Positions 42,950-55,442 of a stretch of DNA of 64,000 nucleotides are shown here, one piece after another. The notes below the pieces were generated by a model, which was given only the letters and a program-made list of their open reading frames with translations, searched no databases and was not told the DNA's origin. Source of the DNA: Eledone cirrhosa (Eukaryota); NCBI GenBank assembly GCA_964016885.1, contig OZ024742.1, positions 155,992,001 to 156,056,000 on the forward strand, written 5' to 3'. Made by a program: the position numbers and the translations under genes. The stretch's first letter is position 1; every line of letters begins with the position of its first letter.

Positions 42950-44310
42950 CTATATCACTGACACGATCCTGGGACTTTTTAATCCATTCTTACTCCTTGT
43001 TGATCACTCTCGAATCAGCAATAATGGCAATCATATATATTTTGTCTCTTTCTGTATAATAGAAATATCAGGTTGTCTAGCCTGTATTTTGATCAGTGCC
43101 AGGATTGTGAAAACCAAAATTACATTAAACCTGAAATTTTCGAAACCTCTTCCTGCTTGGAGTTGAAACCAATTGCTTCCCACATCTTTGCCATAATATG
43201 TTTCACTGGTGAGCCCTAGATACGCAATTATGCCGAAGCTAGTACTCTGTCTTTGCCCTGCTGCTACAACCACTTAGAATTTGGGTTATTTATTATTATT
43301 CTCAATTGACATTCTAAATTTAGTAATCTCACTAATTTTGACTATATTCGCTTTAGTCTGCAAAGCTTGTGATCGAGCTGCTATGATTAAACGTTTAGTT
43401 TTTTTCTTCATTCAACCATTTTACAGCAACAAACATGCGTTCCCATTAAAAGCTATTGATTCCTTGGTTTAGCTGAAATTCTTTCCATGGAGGACTTTTT
43501 CTAGATATTTCATTCACTTTCCCTATTGATCTACCTTTTTGTGTGCTTTTGCAATTTGAAGTTCTATTTCATTAGGAACCATTGCAGCATATCTTTCTGG
43601 AGTTTTATCACATAATCCTCCAGGTTAAATTCTACCATATCAACACAATTTCTATGAAAATTTACATTCCCCCTCACTCTTTTCTTCGTAGTTATAATCT
43701 TCGATGAAATGTCATAACCATTGTCTTTCTATCAATCTGTCTGAAGTTTGACCAATTCAAGAAGCCAATATAGTATCTCAGTAAAGATATTGCATAGGGA
43801 TTAATCTCTGGGGAAATTTTATTCAATTAAGTTTAGGATTTCATAGTGTCTTTACTCTTCTAAAATAGTCCTCCTTGAAATTTTCTTGAGTTTTCCTCTA
43901 AAGTGCCCAGGTAATTAAAACTTTCATTCTATTACGTCGTTTTGAGTTTTGCATCATGAAGTAGCTCTGTAGCTCAAGACGATTTTATTTTCCCTCTCTT
44001 TCGTACCAGTACTGCCCATTTATATATTTCAAATTACATTCTTATATCATTGACAACGACATTTACCGTTTCAACTAATGAGTCTTGTACCTTCTCACTT
44101 TTAGCAAATAACTTCAGATCATCCATAAAAAAAGCAAGTTATATATTATAACGCCTTTCCTACATGCATATTTCTGAGAACTAACGTTAGCGCGATCAAA
44201 GTCAGACAAAATGCAATGTTGAGAGTATGTATTTTTCGAAATCCTTTTATTGATGTTAATATCTCCTAATGTAGCAATCCCTGATCTCGACTCTGTTTTC
44301 CACTAATTCA
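42950..44310 (-). mobile_element. degraded R4/Dong-like LINE (RT plus restriction-like endonuclease)
   Basis: Minus-strand remnants FMDDLKLFAKSE, ESFNYLG, TKRLIIAARSQALQT, ILSGC, IQARQPDISII. Confidence 0.75.
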
Positions 44311-45147
44311 TACTATTTCTTAGAAATCGTGCAATGCAGTCTGCAATTCTGAATGTTTGGAGGCATTCCTTGATTCGTGAGTGTTGGATACAAAACGTGT
44401 TGCTTTATATTGTTTTTACTGCTTCTCAAATCATTTACAACACATTGATAAATATATAACAAATAATGAGAGTCGAGTCCTACTTGGTTTTCTTCTGCAC
44501 CCATTTTGCTTTTCTGAAAGCATTCTCTTTCTTTCAAGACGTTCACTAACTTATGCGTCCTTGGAGTGCTTGTTATCTGCGGGGGGGGGGGGTGTCTAAT
44601 TAATCTAAAACATTTCCAAGGTCTGGATTAGTCAAATAACGTTATGATGGAAAGACCTTTGTATGAAAGAGCCCTTTGAACAATAATTTAGATGACATAT
44701 GTCATTTTCAATAACATTTCGTATTAAATATTAACAGTATATTACACAATATTTAAGTACTATATGTATTACTTTCATTTTGTAGAATTTGACGGTGAGA
44801 AATCAAGTCTTAGTAATGAAGTTAGTTAGGATCCATAGATTTATTGAATGGTTAAAAGACAGTTCCAATAAAAATAAGAGTATGAGGGTACGATTTTATG
44901 AATGACTAATTAAGTAGTCACTTCGTCATATATTTTTATTGTAATATTCTTTTCATTTTGAATTTGAATTGATTGATTGATTTTGTTTTCTATTATATAT
45001 TAATTTTTTTTAAATTCGTATTTCTTTTACGCTTCAACGGAAATCAAACAAAGTTTAGTAAATTGCACGTCATTATATAGGAAACATATGTTTTCTGATT
45101 TATCAGCAATACGCATATATGTATATATACACGCAAACACTCACGCA

Positions 45148-45198
<51 letters not shown>

Positions 45199-45241
45199 GT
45201 ATCTCTCTATCTTTCTCTCTCCCTCCCTCTCTCTCTTTCTC

Positions 45242-45320
<79 letters not shown>

Positions 45321-45325
<5 letters not shown>

Positions 45326-45483
45326 AACCAGTAAGACCCCGACAGATGAGCTCAAGCCGTCTAAACTGCTTGAGCTCAGCTGTCGGGGGTCTTACTGGTT
45401 CCTATTACCCACTCTACTACATCAAGTATTGAGTACTTTGGTGCGTTATGGTCCACCTGGTTCCTTACCACATTTCCTTCGTT
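45321..45483 (+). repeat. family B tail with an ~85 bp fold-back hairpin at its 5' end
   Basis: ataggaaccagtaagaccccgacag..tgagctcaagc / gcttgagctca..ctgtcgggggtcttactggttcctat. Confidence 0.85.
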
Positions 45484-45600
45484 ATATATATATATATATA
45501 TATATATTATAAGGTTAAACAAGGTTCAATGAATAACTCAAAGAATGAGTTTTACAATAGATTGGAAGCACTCAAAGATATTGGTTTTCCGGAGTTATTA

Positions 45601-45883
45601 ATATTAATTCAACATATTAACAGAAATAGAACTTCTTGTGATCAAGTATATATTATTATACATATTTCAGAAGTACTGAGCTAACAGTACGTCCTCATCA
45701 GATAAAATAAGATGATGCATGACATACCCTGACATATTACATGGTTAAGATCCAGTCATGCATCATCTTATTTTATCTGCTGAGGACGTACTGTTGAAGT
45801 TAGCTCAGTACCTCTGAAATATGTATATTAAAATATACTTGATCACAAGAAGTTCTATTTTTGTTAATATGTTGAATTAATAT
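45601..45883. repeat. ~125 bp inverted repeat, each arm carrying a hammerhead motif
   Basis: 45601-45725 is the reverse complement of 45755-45883. Confidence 0.9.
45649..45709 (-). ncRNA. type I hammerhead motif (palindromic stem III, dimer type)
   Basis: UAUUUUAU-CUGAUGA-GGAC-GUACUG-uuagcu-CAGUAC-UUCU-GAAA-UAUGUA-UA-AUAAUAUA. Confidence 0.7.
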
Positions 45884-45888
45884 ATATA

Positions 45889-45919
<31 letters not shown>

Positions 45920-47814
45920 GTGTGTGTGTCTATATATCGATCGATGGATCTATCGAGAGAGAGAAAGAGAGAGATGAGACCGTAGTCGCATCTATTTTTT
46001 TATGTATGTGTGTACTCATCATGCACGCATTAATGTCTTAGATATGCCACGAAAATGTCACCATTCGAAGTATTATGTAAACGAATAAAAATATGAAATG
46101 GAGGAGAATTGAAATAAGATGATATGATATATAAAATTAAAGGGAAACATAAATGGAAATAATATGTTGGGGAATATAAACGGTTAATTTGTTACAGGGA
46201 TTAACATTTCTACAAATAATTATACATATATATTGAGTACTTTTTATAATATGTTAATAAAATATTGCTTTGTCTTTTGCGGGGAAGCCGCCTATGTCCT
46301 CTTGTATAATACTAGATTTGAGGATATTTATTCTGATGTGGAGAAGGAGAGAAATAATCGAGAGAAAAATATAAACATTGGATCTAAGTTGACCTGCCAT
46401 ACCAAGGGAAACAGGCGAGAATACCGTTTAAGAAATTGTCAAACGGTCAATAATCCTACGCCTGTGTAAAAGGCGTGAGCAGACATTGAGACAATACCTC
46501 TCACAGAACTACAAGGAAGGCATCTACTCCTTTCGGTGGTGCCCTGTCAGAAACAACACACCACCAATACATGATCATGAAGTAGGTGAGACGAACTGCG
46601 CAAGGGGGCTAACTACATCTGTTACACAAAGCACCGACTGAACAACAATTTTCCAGGATCACTTCCACAAGTCGACACATCGGTGCGCATTGTTCCTTCG
46701 CAGAGAAGATTGTGGGAGAAACATAACCAACAATTCCCGGAATAGCATTTTATTAGGAAGTGGTAGCCTACCATAAACTGTCCGATGTCCTTGACGCATG
46801 AAATCATACATACACATAATTTGACTGGTAATGGATGTGCCAACCATGAATTGTCAAGTTTGAAGTAGGATTTTCGATCCCAAATCGCTTACAAGCAAAC
46901 ACGTAACCCACACTAACCCCGTATGCTAGTAGTCTGCAGATACGGTAATTCTACACGTTCTAATGTTAATCCTCATCTGGGATTTCAATTCCAACGTTAG
47001 CGCTCGATTTTAGTTCCGAAACTATTCGCACTCTTATATTCACGTAAATCAACAATAAAACACTTGTTATTGGAAAAACAGAGTGATTAGTATGCAGATA
47101 TACAGAAAATCTTATAGATTTAGGTCGCTCACCATCTAGACAAATATATGTGACATAAATGTATATATATATATATATTATATATATATATATTGTATAT
47201 ATATATATCTGTTGTGTGTAATTGTGTGTGTGTGTGTGTGTGTGTGTGTGCATGAGTGTGTAAATTAGTGTAATATATATTATGAATATAACTATCGGAT
47301 TGTTAGTGTTGTTGAAGAAAATCGAGAAATATCAATAGCAGAAAATAACTATAAAAACAGTCGAATGCGATAGAAAATCGGGTAAAAACATTATAGGCGG
47401 AAATGTGATCAGCAGCCGCTTCGATGTATTGATCTTTGTACCTCACTAAATTTGGCTTAGCAATCTCCTTCATGAAGCTTAGCGACCCCAGGTCCGAAAT
47501 CTTCGTGGTGGCTTCTACTTAATTTTTCCCGTCTCTAGTGATTTTGACCGAACTTCTTAGCTATTATTATAGCAATCGACTGCGTTTGAGATTTAAGAAT
47601 ATATATAAATATGTATATGTATGTGTGTCCATGTGTGAGGTGTGTGTGTGTGTGTGGTGTGTGTGTGTGTCTGTGTGTGTAATATAAGTATATATATACA
47701 TATATACGGACATGAACCCATACATACATATAATCGATGTACAGCCATGGGACATGAGGAAAATGCAAACTGTAAGAGAGTGAGTTTTTGCTGATTTATA
47801 TATATAATGAGAAA

Positions 47815-49265
47815 ATGCGAAGTAGTTTCAGATATTAAAGTCCTTTATTGGTAATGCTGTGTTACATATTTCAATGACGACAGTGGCCACACGATTCCGT
47901 GTACCCAGTGCCTGACACCATCAGACAGCTTCTTATATAAGAAGGTTACGTTCTCAAGGCAATCCAAACAGGATCGACAAGGGAACGGACAAAGCGTGTG
48001 TTCTTGAATCGCCTGCCCGTGCCCCTATGGTCAACAATTCACCTCCGCAATTCTGCGCAGGTTCAAACGAAAACTGGCTGGCTCTCCACTACACCAAACT
48101 CACCAAAAACTAACCTAGGCAGGACCCCTCGACAACAAAAAGACCACTCCGTGCAGGTTTGTAATATGACGCTGTTTAAGTATACTGCCAGTGCCAGCTA
48201 ACCGAAATCTAGTGGTGTTGGCAGAGCATGAGTATCAATAGGCTACCCCTAAACTATGCCTGGACAATGGGGTTGACCATCCCTGCTATGAGAATACAAA
48301 CTTATTTCTAGATATTATGGTTTCACTGTGAAAATCAAAAATTAAACGTTAAAACTTGATTGAAGTGAATAAAAAAATATATATATAAAGAGTAAATAGG
48401 GAGCTGTTTAAATTAAAGTAAGAAGTTTAGAAAAAGGGTCAGTATTAGATACTGCAGATATATTATCAATATATTGAACGATAGTACCGTATAGTAGAAG
48501 AGAAGATATATTATGGTATGAAACGTAGTAATTAGGTAAACAATTAGTTAATATCTTCTTCAAAACAAAACCAAAAGAAAAGTTATATAGATGCTAAATG
48601 ATAGAAGGAACATGTATGAGAAAAAATATGAGAAAAAATATGTGTGAGAAAGGCAAACATGTGTATCGGTATGGAGAAGAAGGTAGAAGTGGAGGAAATG
48701 TTTGTCAATTTGACCATGACAAGTGTATATAAAAATTCCTTGTTGGATGGAGTGAGGAGCCTCAGTGCAAAATGCAAGTTGCTGCAGAAAAATAAAGGGT
48801 TTTACGTTGCTTTCAGGTCCGCCTATTTCACTGGTCGAAAGCCAGTTTATAATTTTAAGTTCATCCAGTAGTAGGGATATCCATGGTAGAGGGATTTTCC
48901 GGGTGCATCTGAAGCTTTTTGCCTTCACTTCTTTACTATATTGGTTACACCATAAAGCTCTCTACATATATGAGCATAAAACTTACGGCACATCTTGATG
49001 CATATTCACATCAAAGCACTCGACGCATTTTTTTCCACATAGGAAAAACGGAGCATATTTATATTGTTGAACGGGCAGGCGATTCGAGAACACACACCTT
49101 GTCCGTTCCCTTGTCGTTTCTGGTTGGATTGCCTTGAGAACTTAACCTTATTATATAAGCTGTCTGAAGATGTCACCGCACTGAGTACACGGATTCGTGT
49201 GACCACTGTCGTCATTGAAATATGTATCACAGCATTACCAATAAAGGACTTCGCAGTTTCTCATT
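47815..49265 (-). mobile_element. 5'-truncated PLE with 3' pseudo-LTR and inverted 5' partial copy (family D)
   Basis: 47815-48020 is the reverse complement of 49070-49265; 48700-48930 (minus) weakly resembles a GIY-YIG C-half (SFRCTRK..ELK..KPF..FCTEA); homologous tail at 54395-54830. Confidence 0.65.
49159..49233 (+). ncRNA. type I hammerhead motif (family D)
   Basis: GCUGU-CUGAAGA-[stem II region with UACACG/CGUGUG hairpin]-GAAA-UAUGUA-UC-ACAGC. Confidence 0.7.
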
Positions 49266-49329
49266 CTAAATATACTATACACACACACATATATATAGAG
49301 AGATATTATATATATATATATATATTATA

Positions 49330-49755
49330 TATAAAAGACGTAAAATAAGAACATCTTAAAAATTAACTTACTTACTAAAATGTTCACTCCAACTAATTAG
49401 TTTCTGCAATGGGATAAAGACAGTTACGTAATCAAACTATCGAGAATTCATTGCGTCATCTTTAGAATTTGCCATTTGACCAGAGACAGTGTGATTTTCA
49501 GTGCATGGAATTTAGTCCCCGCTAGCTGTTCCATCTACCGAATTATTATTATTTTTATATGAGTCCCCAGTGTCCGCGCATTGCCTTGAGACTTAGCTGA
49601 GAATAGACTCCCTGATGACGCAATGAATTCTCGATAGTTTGATTACGTAACTGTCTTTATCCCATTGCAGAAACTAATTAGTTGGAGTGAAAATGTTAGT
49701 AAGTAAGTTAATTTTTAAATTTTTTTTAAAATTTTCTTATTTTACGTCTTTTATA
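49330..49755. repeat. ~130 bp inverted repeat around a ~150 bp spacer
   Basis: 49330-49460 is the reverse complement of 49614-49755. Confidence 0.9.
49607..49688 (+). ncRNA. type I hammerhead motif
   Basis: ACUCC-CUGAUGA-C-GCAAUG-[loop]-CAUUGC-A-GAAA-CUAAUUAG-UU-GGAGU. Confidence 0.75.
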
Positions 49756-49892
49756 TTATTGTTCTGCATCCTCCTGCATTGAACCACCTAGGTACTATAA
49801 CATAACCTGTGTATTTGCTGGCATTAGCGTACATCCGTACGCATATGTTAGTAGATATACTAAATTCTCTATATATTATATATGTATATATA

Positions 49893-50612
49893 TAATATAT
49901 ATGCAGTAAGAAACACAGTAGACCGTGTGTCTAATATTACAAGGGTTGAAAAACCACATTTGTTTGAAATATTTAACCAAGAAGCAGGCAGAATGATAAA
50001 ATAAAAATATATTCTTATACAAACCGCCTCAATAACCATTATATCTCTCGGACAGATTATCCCTAATCTGTTTCGCCCTGAGAGTGTTTGTAACAGATAA
50101 TCCTGGGCATCATCAGCGAGAGAATCTGATTAAATGCAACAAACACTATGTACACACGTTCACACAGAAAGATGAAATGTATCACCTCGTGCGCCGCTAG
50201 TCAAACGTGGTAAGCGTGTATTGAATAGAAACAACAGTCCAACACACACAACTTAATAAGCTCGACTTGTGAGGGAGCAGCAATATAAATGAAAATTAGA
50301 GTTAGAACTCCAATTGAAACCCTGTAACTATTAAGCTCCAAGTATAAAATACTGAGCCGATTAATAATATATATGCAGTAAGAAACACAGTAAACCGTGT
50401 GCCTAATATTACAAGGGTTGAAAAACCACATTTGTTTGAAATATTTAACCATAAATATTTCAAACAAATGTGGTTTTTCAACCCTTGTAACATTAGACAC
50501 ACGGTTTACTGTGTTTCTTACTGCATATATATTATTAATCGGCTCAGTATTTTATACTTGGAGCTTAATAGTTACAGGGTTTCAATTGGAGTTTTAACTC
50601 TAATTTTCATTT
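49893..50612 (-). mobile_element. non-coding retrozyme-like element: 472 bp unit, ~86 bp redundancy, inverted segment
   Basis: 49893-49978 repeats at 50365-50450; 50453-50612 is an inverted copy of ~50305-50450; single hammerhead inside; TA runs on both sides. Confidence 0.7.
50044..50123 (-). ncRNA. canonical type I hammerhead ribozyme
   Basis: UCUCUCG-CUGAUGA-U-GCCC-[26 nt]-GGGC-GAAA-CAGAUUA-GGGA-UAAUCUG-UC-CGAGAGA: three perfect helices, intact core, GUC site (cut between 50051 and 50050). Confidence 0.88.
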
Positions 50613-50990
50613 ATATATATATATATATAGTGTTATCTGAGTATTCGATTCGTTTGCAATTATGCAAACAAGCCACATTTTTAAAGCTTACTCAGTAGAA
50701 TGAGCCCCTCATTCTTGCACTTGTGTTGATATGTAAACAGAACGGCAGAGACTAATTTTCCTGGGTATTACCCTTCATCAGTACAGTTCATTGTTCACCT
50801 GCTAAATGTCAGAGGTAGTGAAAATATATGATATTTTCAAAATTATACAGTGACAGACTGGCCGGATTTGCATATTAGCAGATCCACCGATCTACCAGAT
50901 TTCCAAATCAGCAGACTGGCCAGTCAGTTTTCTGTATATGAGCGTTTTTTTGTTGTTGTTTTATTTGAATATAGCAAAACCGGCCATTCA

Positions 50991-51095
<105 letters not shown>

Positions 51096-51450
51096 CATAT
51101 ATATATATTTGTGTGTGTGTGTGTATGTGTGTATGTGTGTATGTGTGGGCGTATGTGTGTGTATGTGTGTGTGTGTGCTTAACATAGTTGTATGGGATGA
51201 AATCTCTCTTAATGCCGTGCGTGCGCGCCTGATTGGCTGGGCATCCTCAGGTCAATCAGCCTTCCTACACTTTCCCCCTTATTTTTCAGGCATGATTAGA
51301 CCCCCACCGTTATGAAGGAATTTAACTATGTATTCGATAGATAACTGACCACTCCCCGTGACAGACAAGTAAAACAACGACATCTTAGGATTTTTTACTT
51401 AAATTGTTTTGTATTTTTTGGCTTTGACTGCATGCCCATATATGGACTGT

Positions 51451-51640
51451 ACCCCTTGACAAGTTCAGCTAGATTTCCGCCGTTCTAATATTGGTGGCTT
51501 AGATCGGATTTAGCGTTCAAAACGGCTGGAGCTCAGCCGTCGGGGTCCTGACTCTTCTCGTATTACACACTGTACTACCTTCATTATTCAGTACTCTGGT
51601 GCGTTATGGTCCACCTGGTATCTGACCACACCCTCTCTGT
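51451..51640 (+). ncRNA. decayed type I hammerhead (51451-51546) plus family B tail
   Basis: ACCCC-UUGACAA-[long stem II]-AAAA-CGGCUG-gagcu-CAGCCG-UC-GGGGU; two of the core changes fit CpG decay. Confidence 0.6.
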
Positions 51641-51680
51641 TATATATATACATATATATATATATACATATATATATATG

Positions 51681-51754
<74 letters not shown>

Positions 51755-51757
<3 letters not shown>

Positions 51758-54165
51758 ATAATAATTAATTTGAAAACTAAAATTCAAAGAGGGGTCGATA
51801 AGGATAAATATATATCAAATATATAAGAACCGTAGAGCAGCCGTTTTATCCAATTCGACATCAATAATTACTACTCATCCATCACTTTACCACTTCTTAG
51901 AGCTATTAATTTCACTAAAACACTCACGGTGGTTAAGGATTTCGAAGTTGATGTCATCCTCATTGCCCGTAAGTCGGTGATTAACTTCAACGGCTCTATT
52001 TGCATGAAACAAATTCAATAGTACCCCATTCGACGTGAGTATGAGCGCCAGCGATTCTGCGGAGGTTACTGATCTTATCGGCCTTTTCCTTCTTTTCTCT
52101 ATCAAGGACGAATTCCCCAACGTGGGCGGTGGTTTGTTACGTGATGATGGTCTTTTGACAATGACTAAGTGCGGCCCTTGTGCTTGCTACAGGTTCAGAA
52201 ATGAACTCACAACCTTCTTTAAAGGCTTCAACCTCTCTATACAGGTTGAGGCCAACCTCTCGGTCGTTAATTATCTCGACGTTACCATCAATTTATCGAA
52301 TGGCTTGTGTTACCCGTATAGAAAGCCGAATGATACGCTTAATTACATAAGTAAGCATTCCAATCATCCTGTCAGCATAACCAAGAACCTGGTAAGAAAC
52401 GTTTCGTTGAGGCTTTCCCGTCTATCTACTAATGAGCGTATTATCAACGACCATTCCACGTATTACAATGAAGCTCTTGCTCGGAGTGGATTTGTCGATA
52501 AGGTAGCATATACAGAGTACGAGAATAGACCTAGAAGAAGTAGATCCCGACGCATTATATGGTATAACCCACCATATAATATGGAGGTGGCCACACTATT
52601 AGCTAATATCTTTCTATCCCTTATTACGAAGCATTTTCCCACTACACATATATATAGTGACATGTTTTATAGAATTACTATTAACATTTCTTACTCTACG
52701 ACTCCTAACCTTGCACATAACATCACAGCTTCAAATTTCGCTAAACTACCTAGCCGTAGGCACACGTGCAACCCTGTACTTAGTACTAACCGTAATTGTA
52801 GGAATCGGGTTGATTGCCCCCTATCTGGGAAATGCCTCTCTAGTAACATTGTCTACAAATGTAAGGTTGAAACACCCACGTCCCGTAGGGCCTACATAGG
52901 GTTAACCGCCAATAGATTCAAGGAGCGTCTTTACATGTATACCCAATATTTTCGTTACCCTCTAAGAAGGAATATGACGTCACTTTCAGCTTATATCTGG
53001 AGTCTAAAAGACAACCACACCCAATATAAGTTACACTGGGAGATCCTGGCTAGGGCTAGATCGTATAACGGAAATAAAAGACCATGTGATCTCTGCGCCG
53101 CTGAGGCCCTGGAAATACTCTACGCAACAGACGACATCTTAAACAAAAATCAGAGGCAATTTCGGCTTGTAAACATAAATTGCACAAAACTTTCCTGTAG
53201 TACAGCCCCACATTATACCCTAACGGATAGTACGATCTATACGCGGATATTTTACGTCATGATGTGGTAGCTAAGTATATGTTATGTTTATACCTTTACT
53301 TATTTGCTTAGGTAAGTATATACTACCTGTTTGTTTTGCGAAGGTACGTATACTTTCTCGTACGTATATTTGATTGTATATGTTATGGCGTATATTTTAT
53401 ATATTCTGGTACATCTGCTTTTGGTTGTGTATACGTGAGTTTTGAGTGTGTGTGAGTATGCGGGTTCGTACGACGTAGGGTGTGTGTATATGTGTAATTC
53501 GTGTTTCGGTTGACGTTCGTCTCCGAACATTTTGGTATTTACATGTAGGTATGTGTGTGCGCTTGTTATATACGTATTTATTTATTTATATACGTTTATT
53601 TAATTATTTGTATACACGCACACACTTGTGTATGTACATATTTGGATGCCTGTATGTATTTATTTATTTCAATCACCTCTGTATTTTATTTACTTCATTC
53701 TTAACTCTGAAGCGGAGAATCATTCGGTTTCCTAGTTAGAATTTTAGTCTACGACTTCAGTTATACCATTTACGTGGTTTTGTCTCTGTGTGCAATTGTT
53801 CTCCACGCTCCACATATGACGTATTATCTTCGTTTTTTCCGGTCATTGCCTGAGAACGTCTCTATGCACAACCTAAGAGAATATTAGTCAACGACTTATT
53901 TTATACTATTAACGTGGTTCTGTCTTTGCGTGTAATTGTTTTTCACCGCTCCAAATAATTACGTATTATATTCGTTTTTTCCCGTTCTTTACCAGGGAAC
54001 GTTTCCACGAACCAAAGTATCGTCTTCCTGTCTTCCTCCGGTTGCAACGTTTTTGGAAATATTCGCTTCTGCGTTTACAGATTGACTTTGTTAGTTTCAG
54101 AAGATCCCGTTAAGGGTGGAAGCACCGATTATTTGCTTAAACTTTAATCTGTTATTTTAATAAAT
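51755..54165 (+). mobile_element. 5'-truncated Penelope-like element with inverted tail segment at its 5' end
   Basis: RT begins ~51841 (FIQFDINNYYSSIT); 51755-51839 is inverted family tail; ~140 bp diverged tandem repeat in the 3' UTR (~53735-54005); (TA)n on both sides. Confidence 0.9.
52035..53270 (+). pseudogene. PLE RT (C-half) plus GIY-YIG endonuclease ORF
   Basis: FDVSMSASDSAEV, LRDDGL, NYLDV, PYRKP, SNHP, IWYNPPY, RNCRNRVDCPLSGKCL, IVYKC, YIGLT, CDLC..E. Confidence 0.92.
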
Positions 54166-54201
54166 ATATATATATATATACGATATTAACAAATGGAAAC
54201 T

Positions 54202-54293
<92 letters not shown>

Positions 54294-54307
54294 ATATATA
54301 TATACTT

Positions 54308-54960
54308 AAGGTAAATATTGATGCAATTCTATTCAAGCACTCAACGTACGTATTCCACATAGGAGTGACGGAGTAAATATCGAATAAGGAAAAGCGAAGT
54401 AGTTTCAGATTTTCAAGTCCTTTAATAATAATGCTGTGATATATATTTCAATGGCGACAGTGGCCACACTGTTGCGTGCGCCAGTGTCGCGACCTTGTTA
54501 GACAGCTTGTTACATAATAAGGTTATGTTTCCGAGGGAATCCAAATTGAATCGACATGGGAACAGACGAAGTGTGTGCTCTCGGGTTCTTCGCCCGTTCC
54601 CTTGTGAGTACCAATTCACCCCCACCGGTCTGCTCAGGCGCAGGTCCGAAGGAAGTTGACCATTAGCTACCGCAGAGTTCAACGAAATTCGCCTCGGCAG
54701 TTTCCCCCTCTCAACGAAACAATGACCTATTCAGGCTTGTAATATATAGCTTACTGCTAGCCACCCCGTCAGTGGCAGTCAGCCGAAAGCCGGTGGGGTT
54801 GGGAGAGTGTGAGTATCAATAGGTCTCAATAACACCCCACATTAAGCATGGGCAGTAAAAACACAGATATAAAATACACAAAAGATATCAAAAAAATATA
54901 TATCACAGCACTATTATTAAAGGACTTGAACATCTGAAACTACTTCGCTTTTCCTTATTC
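54308..54960 (-). mobile_element. family D pseudo-LTR fragment with decayed hammerhead and inverted end
   Basis: 54395-54830 homologous to 47815-48250; 54897-54960 is an inverted copy of 54381-54445; core reads CUAACAA...GAAA-UAUAUA-UC-ACAGC. Confidence 0.7.
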
Positions 54961-55020
54961 TATGTGTATATATATATATACATATATATATATATACATA
55001 TACACACACACACACACATG

Positions 55021-55099
<79 letters not shown>

Positions 55100-55150
55100 G
55101 TATATACACACACAAATATCCATATATATATATATATATATACACGCACA

Positions 55151-55227
<77 letters not shown>

Positions 55228-55235
55228 GCACACGT

Positions 55236-55272
<37 letters not shown>

Positions 55273-55363
55273 CATACATATATATAATTACATATATGTC
55301 TATATACATGCGTGTGTGTGTGCGTGTGTGTGTGTGTGTGTGTGCTTGAGTATATGTATATAG

Positions 55364-55442
<79 letters not shown>

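Noticed and set aside
50201-50698. Mirror-image ORFs on both strands
   Set aside because: A consequence of the DNA palindrome
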